DNA of 64,000 bases, taken from the NCBI GenBank assembly GCA_002342365.1, contig DDPV01000049.1:4608-68607 (forward strand), read 5' to 3'. The DNA is from Burkholderiales bacterium UBA2459. GTDB lineage: Bacteria > Pseudomonadota > Gammaproteobacteria > Burkholderiales > Burkholderiaceae_E. The notes below the pieces were generated by a model that did not search any database, was not told the origin of the DNA, and saw only the letters and a program-made list of their open reading frames with translations. Below, in pieces: positions 28,872 through 38,261 of this stretch. Position numbers and translations under genes: made by a program. Every line of letters starts with the position of its first letter. The stretch's first letter is position 1.

Positions 28872-30870
28872 GGATGCGCAGCAAATTGGAGTGGTCATCG
28901 GTAAAGACCCCAACGTCGTCGCGCAACTTAATTTGCTTGGCTTCCTTAAAAGCAGGGTGCTCAAAAAGGGCCTTGTTTTTTGTCATCACGATTTGATCGG
29001 TATTCAAATACCAACGTTCTGGCCCTGTTTTGAAATCCGGGCTGTCCTCAATCAGAACCGCTTGCAGACCGAAGGCGTCGGCCAAACGTTTCGCAACTGG
29101 CTGTAAGTCGACAAAGCGATTGGTTGCCTGAAACACGATGACGCCGCCCGGCGCCAGATGTTTGACGTAGGCTGCCATCGCTTCTTTGGTCAACAGATGC
29201 ATGGGAATCGAATCGCCTGAAAACGCATCAACCGCCAGCACATCGTACTGGCGTGGTGCTTCACGTTCGAGCGCTAGCCTGCCGTCACCGAGAACAATCT
29301 CATAGGGCGCCTTCATGCGTTGAAGAAAACTGAACTCTTTCTTAGCGAGTCTGACCACCGCCGGATTGATTTCATAAATTACCCACTGATCGCCCTCTTT
29401 GGCGTAGGCAGCAAGTGCACCTGCGCCCAGGCCGATCAGTCCGACCCGTTTGGGACCCTCAGGCATAGCCTCAAAGAGTCGCCCGTAGCCACTGCCAGGG
29501 CTGTAGTAAGTCGCAGGCATCATCTCAAAGGGCTCACCCTGGAGTTGTCCGCCATGGTTGATTGCGCCGTGCAACATGTAGCGAAAGCCGGGCTCAGAAG
29601 GGTAATCCCGGGTGCGGACAACGCCATAGAAATTGCGCTCCATCTCGCGAATCCCCAAGCGGTAGTCATCAAGCTGCTGGTTAATCAGCACCAGCACCCC
29701 GATCAGCAGCCCGCCGCTGCCCAGGCGCCAGAACCAAGCCGCCTGCAAGCTGCGCCATAAAAGCATCGCCGCAACACCGGCAACGGTCAGGTGTAACTCG
29801 TAATAGCCATCCAGCAGCAAAGGCGCTGCGATCGCAATCGAGAGCGCACCGAGTGCGCCGCCCAAGGACATCGCCAGAAAAAAACCGGTAAGGCGGCTCG
29901 GGTGCGGCTTGAGGGAAGCGAGCTCACCGTGACAAAACATGCAGACGACAAAAAGTCCTGCGGCGTAAAGTCCTGAGACTTGAAAGAGTGCGAGCGAGTC
30001 AGCGAAATAAACCATCGCAGGCAAACTCAAGGCTGCAACCGATCCCCAGAACCCTCGGTGATACCAGCTTGGGCGATCAAAGCAAATGATAAAACTCACC
30101 AAATACAGCGCCAGCGGCATGACCCAAAGAAAGGGGACCGAGGAGATGTTTTGGGTGAGGTGATTGGTCACGGCAAGCAAGGTTGCCGAGCCCAGAGCCG
30201 ATAGGAGAACCCAGGCAAGGCGTACAGAAAGGGCAGGCTGGGGGGCGGATCCTGTCTGCTCCGAGGGCGTGATTGAAGCCGAAGGCTCGGTTTGGCGAAG
30301 GGACTTCAGACCTACCCAAACGCAAAGCAGGGCAAACATCGCGTAGGCAACCGACCAGATCTGTGCGGTCTCGCGGCCGCCGAAAAAGGGTTCGATCAAG
30401 GTCGGGTAACCGAGCAAAGCGGCCAGCGACGCAGCGTTTGACAGGGCGAATAGTCGATACGGCACGGCTTGTCGAAAGCTGCGCCAGTACCAGGCCTGGA
30501 TCAAGGGCGTGGTGGTCGACAACAACACGTAGGGTAAACCGATGGTTGCAAGCAGCAGACCAAGGATTTGCAAAATCGGATCTTCATCGCCTTGTGGCTT
30601 CCAGGCTTCACTTGCGATGATCGGAAGGCTAAGCAGTGAGAGCGCAAGTAAAACCGCGTGCAGACCAACTTGCCGCTTTGCGCTAAGGCCTTGAACGCTG
30701 CGGTCAGCGTAGGCGTAGCCTGCGAGCAGCAGGCTTTGGAAAAACAACATGCAGGTGTTCCACACCGATGCCGACCCGCCAAACCAGGGCAAGATCTGCT
30801 TGGCAATTAGCGGTTGGACGAGAAACAGCAAAAAGGCAGACAGAAAAATCGTGAGGGCGTAGGGGAGCAT
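28861..30870 (-). CDS. Fused polytopic membrane domain / spermidine-synthase-like protein
   Basis: N-terminal ~400 aa with many hydrophobic helices. The C-terminus has a spermidine-synthase-like Rossmann fold (VGLIGLGAGAL, YDVLAVDAFSGDSIPMHL). Start placed at MLPYALTIF. Confidence 0.8.
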   Translation of the reverse strand: MLPYALTIFLSAFLLFLVQPLIAKQILPWFGGSASVWNTCMLFFQSLLLAGYAYADRSVQGLSAKRQVGLHAVLLALSLLSLPIIASEAWKPQGDEDPILQILGLLLATIGLPYVLLSTTTPLIQAWYWRSFRQAVPYRLFALSNAASLAALLGYPTLIEPFFGGRETAQIWSVAYAMFALLCVWVGLKSLRQTEPSASITPSEQTGSAPQPALSVRLAWVLLSALGSATLLAVTNHLTQNISSVPFLWVMPLALYLVSFIICFDRPSWYHRGFWGSVAALSLPAMVYFADSLALFQVSGLYAAGLFVVCMFCHGELASLKPHPSRLTGFFLAMSLGGALGALSIAIAAPLLLDGYYELHLTVAGVAAMLLWRSLQAAWFWRLGSGGLLIGVLVLINQQLDDYRLGIREMERNFYGVVRTRDYPSEPGFRYMLHGAINHGGQLQGEPFEMMPATYYSPGSGYGRLFEAMPEGPKRVGLIGLGAGALAAYAKEGDQWVIYEINPAVVRLAKKEFSFLQRMKAPYEIVLGDGRLALEREAPRQYDVLAVDAFSGDSIPMHLLTKEAMAAYVKHLAPGGVIVFQATNRFVDLQPVAKRLADAFGLQAVLIEDSPDFKTGPERWYLNTDQIVMTKNKALFEHPAFKEAKQIKLRDDVGVFTDDHSNLLRILKH

Positions 30871-30971
30871 GATGCACGCGAGTTTGATGAGCCAATTGAT
30901 GCAGTGCGCCCAGTGCAAGCGACTGCGTTTCCCTTTGTATGCCCTTAGCGACAGGGGCGGCGCGAGGCTGT

Positions 30972-30995
30972 GAAAAAGGCAAGCGCGAGGCTTGC
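30972..30995 (-). terminator. Rho-independent terminator downstream of sodB
   Basis: On the minus strand: GGCAAGC-ctcgc-GCTTGCC (7-bp GC-rich stem) followed by TTTTT. Confidence 0.7.
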
Positions 30996-31026
30996 CTTAT
31001 CGGTTCAGGGCGGTTCCTCTGGGGTT

Positions 31027-31605
31027 TCAGGCGAAGTTCTTTTCGGCAAATTCCCAGTTCACCAGCGCCCAAAAGCCGTTGAGATAGTCGGGGCGTCGAT
31101 TGCGGTGATCGATGTAGTAGGCGTGCTCCCACAAGTCGCAAGTGAGCAAGGCGGTATCGCCATGGGTGATTGGCGTTGCGGCATTGCTGGTGTTGACGAT
31201 ATCAAGGCTGCCGTCGGCTTTTTTGACCAGCCACGTCCATGACGAACCGAAGTTACCGATCGCGCTCTTGGTGAAGGCTTCCCGAAAGGCGGCAAAGCTG
31301 CCCCATTGGTGGTCGATGGCAGCGGCTAAGGCGCCGCTTGGCTCGCCGCCACCGTCGGGCTTCATGCTGTTCCAGTAAAAGCTGTGGTTCCAGACCTGCG
31401 CTGCGTTGTTGAAAATCCCGCCCGAGGACTTCATCACGATATCTTCGAGCGTCGATTGTTCGAACTCGGTGCCTTTGATGAGGTTATTGAGGTTGGTCAC
31501 ATAGGTCTGGTGATGCTTGCCGTAGTGGAATTCAAGGGTTTCTTTTGAGATATGCGGGGCAAGAGCGTCCATCGCATAAGGCAGTTGGGGTAGTGCGTGT
31601 TCCAT
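31027..31605 (-). CDS. sodB: Superoxide dismutase [Fe]
   Basis: [35 protein letters not shown] (Fe-type), [10 protein letters not shown]. Confidence 0.95.
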   Translation of the reverse strand: MEHALPQLPYAMDALAPHISKETLEFHYGKHHQTYVTNLNNLIKGTEFEQSTLEDIVMKSSGGIFNNAAQVWNHSFYWNSMKPDGGGEPSGALAAAIDHQWGSFAAFREAFTKSAIGNFGSSWTWLVKKADGSLDIVNTSNAATPITHGDTALLTCDLWEHAYYIDHRNRRPDYLNGFWALVNWEFAEKNFA

Positions 31606-31832
31606 GAACAGTTTCTCCAGATAAATAGGTTGCGCAATCGGTACGGAAGCGGCGAAAGTGTACCGGTCAAAAGCTCTCGGTGCCGAATGTCCCCCTGTAA
31701 GTTTGAGCTAGGGCTGCTTGCTGCTCGGCTCTTAACGCATCCAATCCAAGGATAGCTTGTGGAACGGAGCTTTAACCGAGTCGGCCCGCTTCGTGTACCT
31801 TGCAGTCTCTTTTTGCAGCCTTGGAGCTTGCT

Positions 31833-33026
31833 ATGCCGAGCATCATGCCCGAAGGGGCACTCGCCCGATTCCGGGTGCTTGATCTGTCGCAGGTGCGGGC
31901 AGGGCCGACCTGCGTGAAGCAGCTTGCTGATTTTGGTGCTGACGTGATCAAGGTGGAGCCTGCCGAATCCACCGGCCGGCCTGACACCATGACCGGCGAG
32001 CGCGATGGGCATGATTTTCAGAATTTGCACCGCAACAAGCGCTCGGTCACACTCAACCTGAAGCACCCCAAAGGGCTCGAACTTTTTTTGGGATTGGTCA
32101 AGACAGCCGACGTGGTGGTCGAAAACTTCCGGCCGGATGTGAAAGATCGCCTTGGCATCGACTACGCATCGCTGAGCAAGGTCAACCCTCGGATCATTTT
32201 GGGGAGCATCTCCGGCTTCGGTCAAGATGGACCTTATCGCGACCGCCCTGGCTTTGATCAAATCGCGCAGGGTATGAGCGGTCTGATGAGCGTGACCGGT
32301 CCGGTTGACGGCGAGCCGATGCGTGCAGGCGCCGCTGTTTGTGATATGGCTGCGGGTCTATTTTGTGCGCTTGGCATCCTGACCGCTTTGCTTGAACGCG
32401 AGCAATCGGGTCGGGGCCAATGGGTGCAATCCTCGCTGCTGCATGCTGGAATTGCCCTGATGGATTTCCAGGCGGCGCGTTATTTGATCGATGGCGAAGT
32501 ACCGCGTTCGGTGGGTAATGATCATCCGACGGGCATGCCCACCTCGACTTATCCCACCTCTGACGGCTACGTCAACATCGGGGCTTCGGGCGAGGCGATG
32601 TGGCTTACGCTTTGTGAGGCGCTCGATTGCAGCGAACTCATTCGCGATGAGCGATTTGCAAGCAATGCGCTGCGTTCAAAGCATCGGGTGGCGCTCAACG
32701 CCTTGCTGGCCGAAGCCTTTCGCAAGGGCAGCAAGGCGCACTGGATTGAAAAGCTCAACCGAGCCGGTGTGCCCTGCGGTCCGATTTACCGTGTGGACGA
32801 GGTTTTTGCCGATCCCCAGGTCCAGCACGGGCAGATTGCCGAGGCTGTCAAACACCAAACCCGTGGTGAAATTCGGCTCATTGCTCAGGCCGCAAGCTTA
32901 AGCCGCACACCGGCGCGCATTGCCAGGCCAATCGCCTTGCGCGGCGAGGATAATCAGGCGGTCCTGGGCGAACTCGGCTTATCACCGCAAGCGATTGAAG
33001 CGCTGAAGTCCGACGCTGTGCTCTAG
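31833..33026 (+). CDS. CaiB/BaiF family III CoA-transferase
   Basis: FRVLDLSQVRAGPTCVKQLADFGADVIKVE. A GGAG RBS lies 6 nt before ATG 31833. Confidence 0.9.
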   Translation: MPSIMPEGALARFRVLDLSQVRAGPTCVKQLADFGADVIKVEPAESTGRPDTMTGERDGHDFQNLHRNKRSVTLNLKHPKGLELFLGLVKTADVVVENFRPDVKDRLGIDYASLSKVNPRIILGSISGFGQDGPYRDRPGFDQIAQGMSGLMSVTGPVDGEPMRAGAAVCDMAAGLFCALGILTALLEREQSGRGQWVQSSLLHAGIALMDFQAARYLIDGEVPRSVGNDHPTGMPTSTYPTSDGYVNIGASGEAMWLTLCEALDCSELIRDERFASNALRSKHRVALNALLAEAFRKGSKAHWIEKLNRAGVPCGPIYRVDEVFADPQVQHGQIAEAVKHQTRGEIRLIAQAASLSRTPARIARPIALRGEDNQAVLGELGLSPQAIEALKSDAVL

Positions 33027-33027
33027 C

Positions 33028-33065
33028 GCAGCTTCATCGCTTCAGCGCGGCTTCATCGCTTGCAC
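33028..33065. repeat. Tandem 19-nt duplication downstream of the CoA-transferase gene
   Basis: gcagcttcatcgcttcagc / gcggcttcatcgcttgcac, 15 of 19 positions identical. Confidence 0.7.
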
Positions 33066-33083
33066 CCAGCATGGCTGGGTTTT
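33065..33083 (+). terminator. Possible weak intrinsic terminator
   Basis: CCCAGC-atg-GCTGGG hairpin followed by TTTT. The stem is short and the loop is only 3 nt. Confidence 0.35.
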
Positions 33084-33130
33084 GAAAGGCCCAAGCCTCG
33101 CCGCAGGCATGTCAACCAGGAGGATCGAAT

Positions 33131-33922
33131 GTGAACGGGACAGTGTTTAGCAGGCAACAAGGCGCCATTCGAAGTCTTGTCATCAGTAATCCGAGCAAAC
33201 GAAACGCGATGTCACGCGGCATGTGGGAGTCGCTTGCCGAACTGATCGGGCAGGCTGATGCTGATCCGTCGGTTCGGGTGATTGTGCTGCAAGGCGATGG
33301 TGAGCAGGCCTTCGTTTCGGGTGCCGATATTTCGACCTTTGAATCGCAGCGCACAAACCCCGACGATCAGCGTCGTTTCAGCGAAGCCGTGGAGGCCGCT
33401 TACGCAGCGCCCGGGCGCGCAAGCAAGCCGGTGATCGCGAAAATCCGGGGTATTTGCTTTGGCGGTGGACTCGGGCTTGCGGCAGCCTGCGATTTGCGCA
33501 TCGCTTCGGATGACGCACGGTTTCGAATGCCGGCTGCGCGTCTTGGTCTGGGATACGGCGCTCCTGGTGTTGCGCGATTTATGTCGGTCATAGGCCTTGC
33601 GAATACGCTCGATATCTTTATGACGGCGCGGATTTTTGAGGCAGGCGAAGCGCTTCGGATGGGATTACTCCGCGAGGTGGTTCCGGTCAGCGCGCTTGAC
33701 CCGCATGTGGATGCGCTTGCAGCGTCAATCGCAGAAAACGCACCGCTGACGATTGCCGCACTCAAGTGCGCTGCGCGCGCCATCAGCAGCGCAAGTCTCG
33801 GGGAGATCGCAACCCGACCGGAGGTGCTGGAGGCTCTGGCACGCTGTGAGCGAAGTGATGATTATCGCGAAGGTGCCAAAGCCTTTATGGAAAAGAGAAC
33901 ACCGAATTTTCAGGGTCGTTGA
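33131..33922 (+). CDS. Enoyl-CoA hydratase/isomerase (crotonase) family protein
   Basis: Crotonase oxyanion-hole segments (FVSGADIS, GICFGGGLGLAAACD). GTG start preceded by an AGGAGG RBS. Confidence 0.9.
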   Translation: MNGTVFSRQQGAIRSLVISNPSKRNAMSRGMWESLAELIGQADADPSVRVIVLQGDGEQAFVSGADISTFESQRTNPDDQRRFSEAVEAAYAAPGRASKPVIAKIRGICFGGGLGLAAACDLRIASDDARFRMPAARLGLGYGAPGVARFMSVIGLANTLDIFMTARIFEAGEALRMGLLREVVPVSALDPHVDALAASIAENAPLTIAALKCAARAISSASLGEIATRPEVLEALARCERSDDYREGAKAFMEKRTPNFQGR

Positions 33923-33923
33923 G

Positions 33924-35390
33924 ATGCTGAGCATGGAAAGCCTGCGGGAGCAATTGCCCGTTTTTGTACAAGAAATCCAGGCAAGCGTATTGACTGCGCC
34001 TGAGGATATGGCCCCGCATCTGATCGATTGGCGCAAGCGGATGCGCGGGTATGCGTTGGCGGTGGTTATGCCCGAAAACACGGAATCGGTCGCTGCCGTG
34101 GTGCGCTGGTGTGTCGAGCACCGGGTTGCGATGGTTCCGCAAGGCGGCAACACCGGTTTGAGCGGCGGCAGTGTGCCCGATCAATCAGGGCGCTCGATCG
34201 TGTTGTCCTTGGCAAGGATGAAGTCGATTCGCGCGCTTGACCCGGTGAACAACACCGTCACGGTCGAAGCTGGCTGTGTCCTCAAGCAGGTTCAGGAAGC
34301 AGCGCAGGCAGCCGGCAAGCTATTCCCTTTGTCGCTGGCTGCAGAGGGCTCGTGCACCATCGGGGGCAATTTATCGACCAACGCAGGCGGTGTTCAAGTG
34401 TTGCGCTATGGCAATGCGCGTGAACTCTGTCTCGGTCTGGAGGTTGTCACTGCCGACGGTGAAATTTGGAACGGTTTGCGCGGTTTGCGCAAGGACAACA
34501 CCGGTTACGATTTGCGCGATCTTTTCATCGGGGCCGAAGGAACACTTGGCATCATCACCGCGGCGGTCTTGAAGCTTTATCCAGAACCGGCAGCGCGGCG
34601 CTGCGCCCTCATCGGTTTGGACAGCACCGAGAAAGCGCTGGCCCTGCTTGCCTTGGCGCAAAGCCGGATCGCTGACGTGCTTACGGGCTTTGAGCTTTTA
34701 TCTGAATTTTGTATCGAGCTGGTGACACGACATTTCCCCGCCTGTCGGCGGCCGCTGCAGGGAAAGCATCGATGGTATGTTTTATTAGAACTTTCTAGTG
34801 CGCAAAACGATGCTGATGCAGCGCATCTGCTCGAAGCCCTGCTTGGCGAAGCGATTGAACAAGGACTGGCAGAAGATGCTGCCATGTCCGAGAGCCTGGC
34901 ACAGTTCAAGGCGATTTGGGCGCTTCGCGAATATGTCTCCGAGGCGCAAGCTGCCGAAGGGAAAAACATCAAACACGATATTTCGGTGCCGATTTCTGAA
35001 ATTCCCCGCTTTATCCGCCAAACGGATGAGGCCTTGCAACAGGCACATCCGGGCATCCGCATGGTGTGTTTCGGGCATCTTGGCGACGGAAACCTGCACT
35101 ACAACGTTTCGCCCCCCGAGACCATGCAAGGCGAGGCCCACGAAGATGCATTCCTGAAACTTCAACCGTCGATCAATCAGATTACGCACGATGCGGTTGC
35201 CGCATGCGGCGGCTCGGTGTCTGCCGAACATGGCCTTGGAACCTTGCGTCGCGATGAAGCGGCGCGTTACAAATCGGCAGTGGAGTTGAGATTGATGCGC
35301 CGAATCAAGAAGGCGCTCGACCCGCTCGGTTTGCTCAACCCAGGCAAAGTACTCAAACCCTTTGAGACGCTTGAGAAAGAGGCACCATGA
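33924..35390 (+). CDS. FAD-linked oxidase, D-2-hydroxyacid (D-2-hydroxyglutarate/D-lactate) dehydrogenase-like
   Basis: FAD_binding_4 pattern (VPQGGNTGLSGGS, GGNLSTNAGG, DNTGYDL, GAEGTLGIIT). Start at ATG 33924, 1 nt after the upstream stop. Confidence 0.85.
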   Translation: MLSMESLREQLPVFVQEIQASVLTAPEDMAPHLIDWRKRMRGYALAVVMPENTESVAAVVRWCVEHRVAMVPQGGNTGLSGGSVPDQSGRSIVLSLARMKSIRALDPVNNTVTVEAGCVLKQVQEAAQAAGKLFPLSLAAEGSCTIGGNLSTNAGGVQVLRYGNARELCLGLEVVTADGEIWNGLRGLRKDNTGYDLRDLFIGAEGTLGIITAAVLKLYPEPAARRCALIGLDSTEKALALLALAQSRIADVLTGFELLSEFCIELVTRHFPACRRPLQGKHRWYVLLELSSAQNDADAAHLLEALLGEAIEQGLAEDAAMSESLAQFKAIWALREYVSEAQAAEGKNIKHDISVPISEIPRFIRQTDEALQQAHPGIRMVCFGHLGDGNLHYNVSPPETMQGEAHEDAFLKLQPSINQITHDAVAACGGSVSAEHGLGTLRRDEAARYKSAVELRLMRRIKKALDPLGLLNPGKVLKPFETLEKEAP

Positions 35391-36370
35391 AGATTGCGGT
35401 CGTCGGTCTTGGCGCGATGGGCGGCCTTATAGCCGCAAAACTCGTTCAAGCAGGCCATCAGGTGCAAGCGCTGGCGCGAGGAAAAACCTTGCAGGCGGTT
35501 CAGACCCATGGCTTGCAGCTTGAGCAGGCCGAAGGTCTGCTGCGGGTTGATCTTGTTGTGAGCGATCAAGCGGAGAGGCTTGGCAAGCATGATCTGGTGA
35601 TCGTTGCTGTCAAGGCGCAAGCCCTTGCGGGACTTGCCGGATCGATCGCTAGCTTGCGTGCTGACGATGGCGTGGTGCTCACCGCCATGAATGGTGTGCC
35701 CTGGTGGTTTTTTCAGGGTTTGGGTGGTTCGCTAAACGGTCTCAAACTTAAAACGGTCGATCCCGAGGGTCTGCTTGATCGGTCGATTCCTCATCAGGCC
35801 ATTATTGGCGCTGTCTTGCATATGAGCGCCTCAACACCGGCACCCGCAAAGGTGTTGCACGCCATGGGTTCGCGCATCATTGTGGGTGAACCCGGAGGTG
35901 GCAGTTCGCAACGCCTTGAGGCCCTGACCCATTTGCTGCGCTCGGTAGGCTTTGCGGCCGAGGCTTCGATGCGTATTCAGGACGATATCTGGTTCAAGCT
36001 CTGGGGCAATATGACGATGAATCCGGTGTCGGCGATCACGGGCGCCACCATCGATAAGATTCTTGATGACCCGGCGGTGTACCGACTTTGCGTTGATGTG
36101 ATGCAAGAGGCCAGGCTGCTGGGTGAAAGCTTTGGCTGTTGTATCGATCAAACGCCACAGGAGCGCCAAGCGGTCACCCGCCAATTGGGGGCGTTTAAGA
36201 CCTCGATGCTGCAAGATGTTGAAGCCTCGCGGCCGGTCGAACTTGATGCGCTGTTGACCGTGGTACACGAAATCGCCAGGCAACTGGCGGTGGAAACTCC
36301 CTGGATTGATGCGCTGCTTGGACTGAGTCGGCTCACGATGCAAACCCGCGGTCTTTATCCGCACACCTAA
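35387..36370 (+). CDS. 2-dehydropantoate 2-reductase (ApbA/PanE) family oxidoreductase
   Basis: MKIAVVGLGAMGG Rossmann start and a PanE-like C-domain. ATGA overlap with the upstream gene. Confidence 0.8.
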   Translation: MKIAVVGLGAMGGLIAAKLVQAGHQVQALARGKTLQAVQTHGLQLEQAEGLLRVDLVVSDQAERLGKHDLVIVAVKAQALAGLAGSIASLRADDGVVLTAMNGVPWWFFQGLGGSLNGLKLKTVDPEGLLDRSIPHQAIIGAVLHMSASTPAPAKVLHAMGSRIIVGEPGGGSSQRLEALTHLLRSVGFAAEASMRIQDDIWFKLWGNMTMNPVSAITGATIDKILDDPAVYRLCVDVMQEARLLGESFGCCIDQTPQERQAVTRQLGAFKTSMLQDVEASRPVELDALLTVVHEIARQLAVETPWIDALLGLSRLTMQTRGLYPHT

Positions 36371-36386
36371 AAAGGTTCAGAGAACA

Positions 36387-37163
36387 ATGAGTGGATACAA
36401 GGCATTTGATTTAAGTGGCCAGGTCGCCTTGATCACCGGTGGCAATTCGGGCATTGGCTTAGGCATGGCCCAAGCGGTCGCAGAGGCGGGGGCCGATGTG
36501 GTGATCTGGGGAACCAATGCCAGCAAGAATGCCCAGGCGCTTGAAGCACTGGCGCATACCGGCCGCAGGCTTCGCGCCTTTCAGTGTGATGTTTCAGTCG
36601 AATCACAGGTCGAGGCGATTTTTGAACGAAGTCTTGCCGAGATGGGCAAGATTGATGCTTGTTTTGCCAACGCCGGGGTGGGCGGTGGCGGCAAGAAGTC
36701 CTTCGTGGAAATGACAGCCGAGGAGTGGCGGCGGGTGATGGCGGTGAATTTAGATGGCGCTTTTTATACCTTTCGGGCCGCAACGCGGCACTTGGTTGAG
36801 CGCGGTGAAGGCGGACGCCTGATTGGCACCGCGTCACTTGCAGCGATTGAAGGCGCTGCCCGCAATGAACACTATGGCGCAACCAAGGGCGGCATGGTCA
36901 GCATGATTCGGGCCCTGGCGGTCGAATTTGCTCGCTATGGCATCACTGCAAATGCTGTGCTTCCGGGTTGGATTGCAACCGATATGACCGCCGGACTCAC
37001 CAGCAACGAAAAGTTTGCCGACAAGGTCTTACAACGCGTGCCGATGCGGCGTTGGGGCGAGGGCGAGGATTTCGGTGGCATTGCGGTGTACTTGATGAGC
37101 AAGGCCTCGGCGTTTCACACCGGCGATTCCTTCTTGATCGACGGTGGCTACGCGCTTTACTGA
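36387..37163 (+). CDS. SDR family oxidoreductase
   Basis: TGGNSGIGLG (TGxxxGxG) and YGATKG (YxxxK). Confidence 0.9.
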   Translation: MSGYKAFDLSGQVALITGGNSGIGLGMAQAVAEAGADVVIWGTNASKNAQALEALAHTGRRLRAFQCDVSVESQVEAIFERSLAEMGKIDACFANAGVGGGGKKSFVEMTAEEWRRVMAVNLDGAFYTFRAATRHLVERGEGGRLIGTASLAAIEGAARNEHYGATKGGMVSMIRALAVEFARYGITANAVLPGWIATDMTAGLTSNEKFADKVLQRVPMRRWGEGEDFGGIAVYLMSKASAFHTGDSFLIDGGYALY

Positions 37164-38167
37164 ACCAGCGCCTTCGGCATGCATGCGCTCTTTTCGGTCG
37201 GCTGGGGTTCACGCCGCTGAAGAATTTCAACCCCATATTTGGCTGCGGTCAATTCGGCCAGGATCGAGATCGCCATTTCCGGCGGTGTCTTGGCACCGAT
37301 AAAGAGCCCCACCGGTCCGTACAGGCGGGCGATCTCTTCCTCGCTCAGGTCAAAAAGCTTAAGCCGCTCTTTGCGTTTGGCGGTGTTGGCGCGCGACCCC
37401 AATGCGCCGATGTAAAAGGCAGGCGACTTGAGCGCTTCAATCAGCGCCATGTCGTCAAGCTTGGGATCGTGGGTGAGTGCCACCACAGCGCTATGTTGAT
37501 CGATGCCGAGCCGAAGCAGTTCATCGTCGGGCATACCGCGTGAGAACTCAACGCCAGGAAATTGAATGCCTTCGGCGAATTCATCGCGCGGGTCGATGAC
37601 AACGATCTGGTAATCGGCAGCAAGTGCCATTTGGCATAAATACTGGGACAGTTGTCCTGCGCCGATCATGATCAGCCGCCAACGGGGTCCGTGAACGCAA
37701 CGCATACGCCTGCCATCGAACCGGAAGTGATCAGCGCGATTCGCGTCGCGGATTTCAAAGCGGCCGCTTGTCAGGTCGAGTTCGCGAAGACTCATGCGTT
37801 TTTCCGCGACCCGACTGCGCAAGTGCTTTAAGCCTTCCAAACTAGGGTGGGGTTCCACAACCACGCGTACGCTGCCGCCGCAAGGCAAACCAAAACGCGC
37901 CGCCTCTTCTTTGCTTACCCCGTAGAGCAGGGTTTGCGGCGTGGATGCGGGCATGATCTCGGTTTGTACCCGCGCAATCAAATCATCCTCCACGCATCCT
38001 CCCGACACCGATCCGATCACCTGGCCGTCGTCACGGACTGCAAGCCAGGAGCCGACTGGCCGCGGTGAGGAACCCCAGGTTTCGACCACGGTCACCAGGG
38101 CAACCCGGCGCCCCTGTTCCATCCAGCCGATGCAGGTATTCAGTACGGAAAAGTCAGTGCTGTCCAT
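37157..38167 (-). CDS. XdhC/CoxI family molybdenum-cofactor insertion accessory protein
   Basis: XdhC_CoxI N-domain (VETWGSSPRPVGS, SGGCVE) plus a Rossmann-like C-domain (LIMIGAGQLSQYL). Confidence 0.85.
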   Translation of the reverse strand: MDSTDFSVLNTCIGWMEQGRRVALVTVVETWGSSPRPVGSWLAVRDDGQVIGSVSGGCVEDDLIARVQTEIMPASTPQTLLYGVSKEEAARFGLPCGGSVRVVVEPHPSLEGLKHLRSRVAEKRMSLRELDLTSGRFEIRDANRADHFRFDGRRMRCVHGPRWRLIMIGAGQLSQYLCQMALAADYQIVVIDPRDEFAEGIQFPGVEFSRGMPDDELLRLGIDQHSAVVALTHDPKLDDMALIEALKSPAFYIGALGSRANTAKRKERLKLFDLSEEEIARLYGPVGLFIGAKTPPEMAISILAELTAAKYGVEILQRREPQPTEKSACMPKALVQ

Positions 38168-38261
38168 CGATTCGTTCCATTGGTGCGGTTTATCGAGTCA
38201 AATGATTGAACCTTCCGATGGTAATGCGACTATCATCGAGTGTCTCGAAAGGAGTACGCGC

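Noticed and set aside
31606-31832. The largest spacer in the window, examined for a tRNA, sRNA or riboswitch. It contains the hairpin CGGTAC-N15-GTACCG at 31639-31665 in the sodB leader.
   Set aside because: There is no tRNA-like cloverleaf or known riboswitch core that I can recognise. The hairpin is short and is not followed by a U-tract. Evidence is too thin to call an RNA gene, so I treat it as the divergent sodB / CoA-transferase promoter region.
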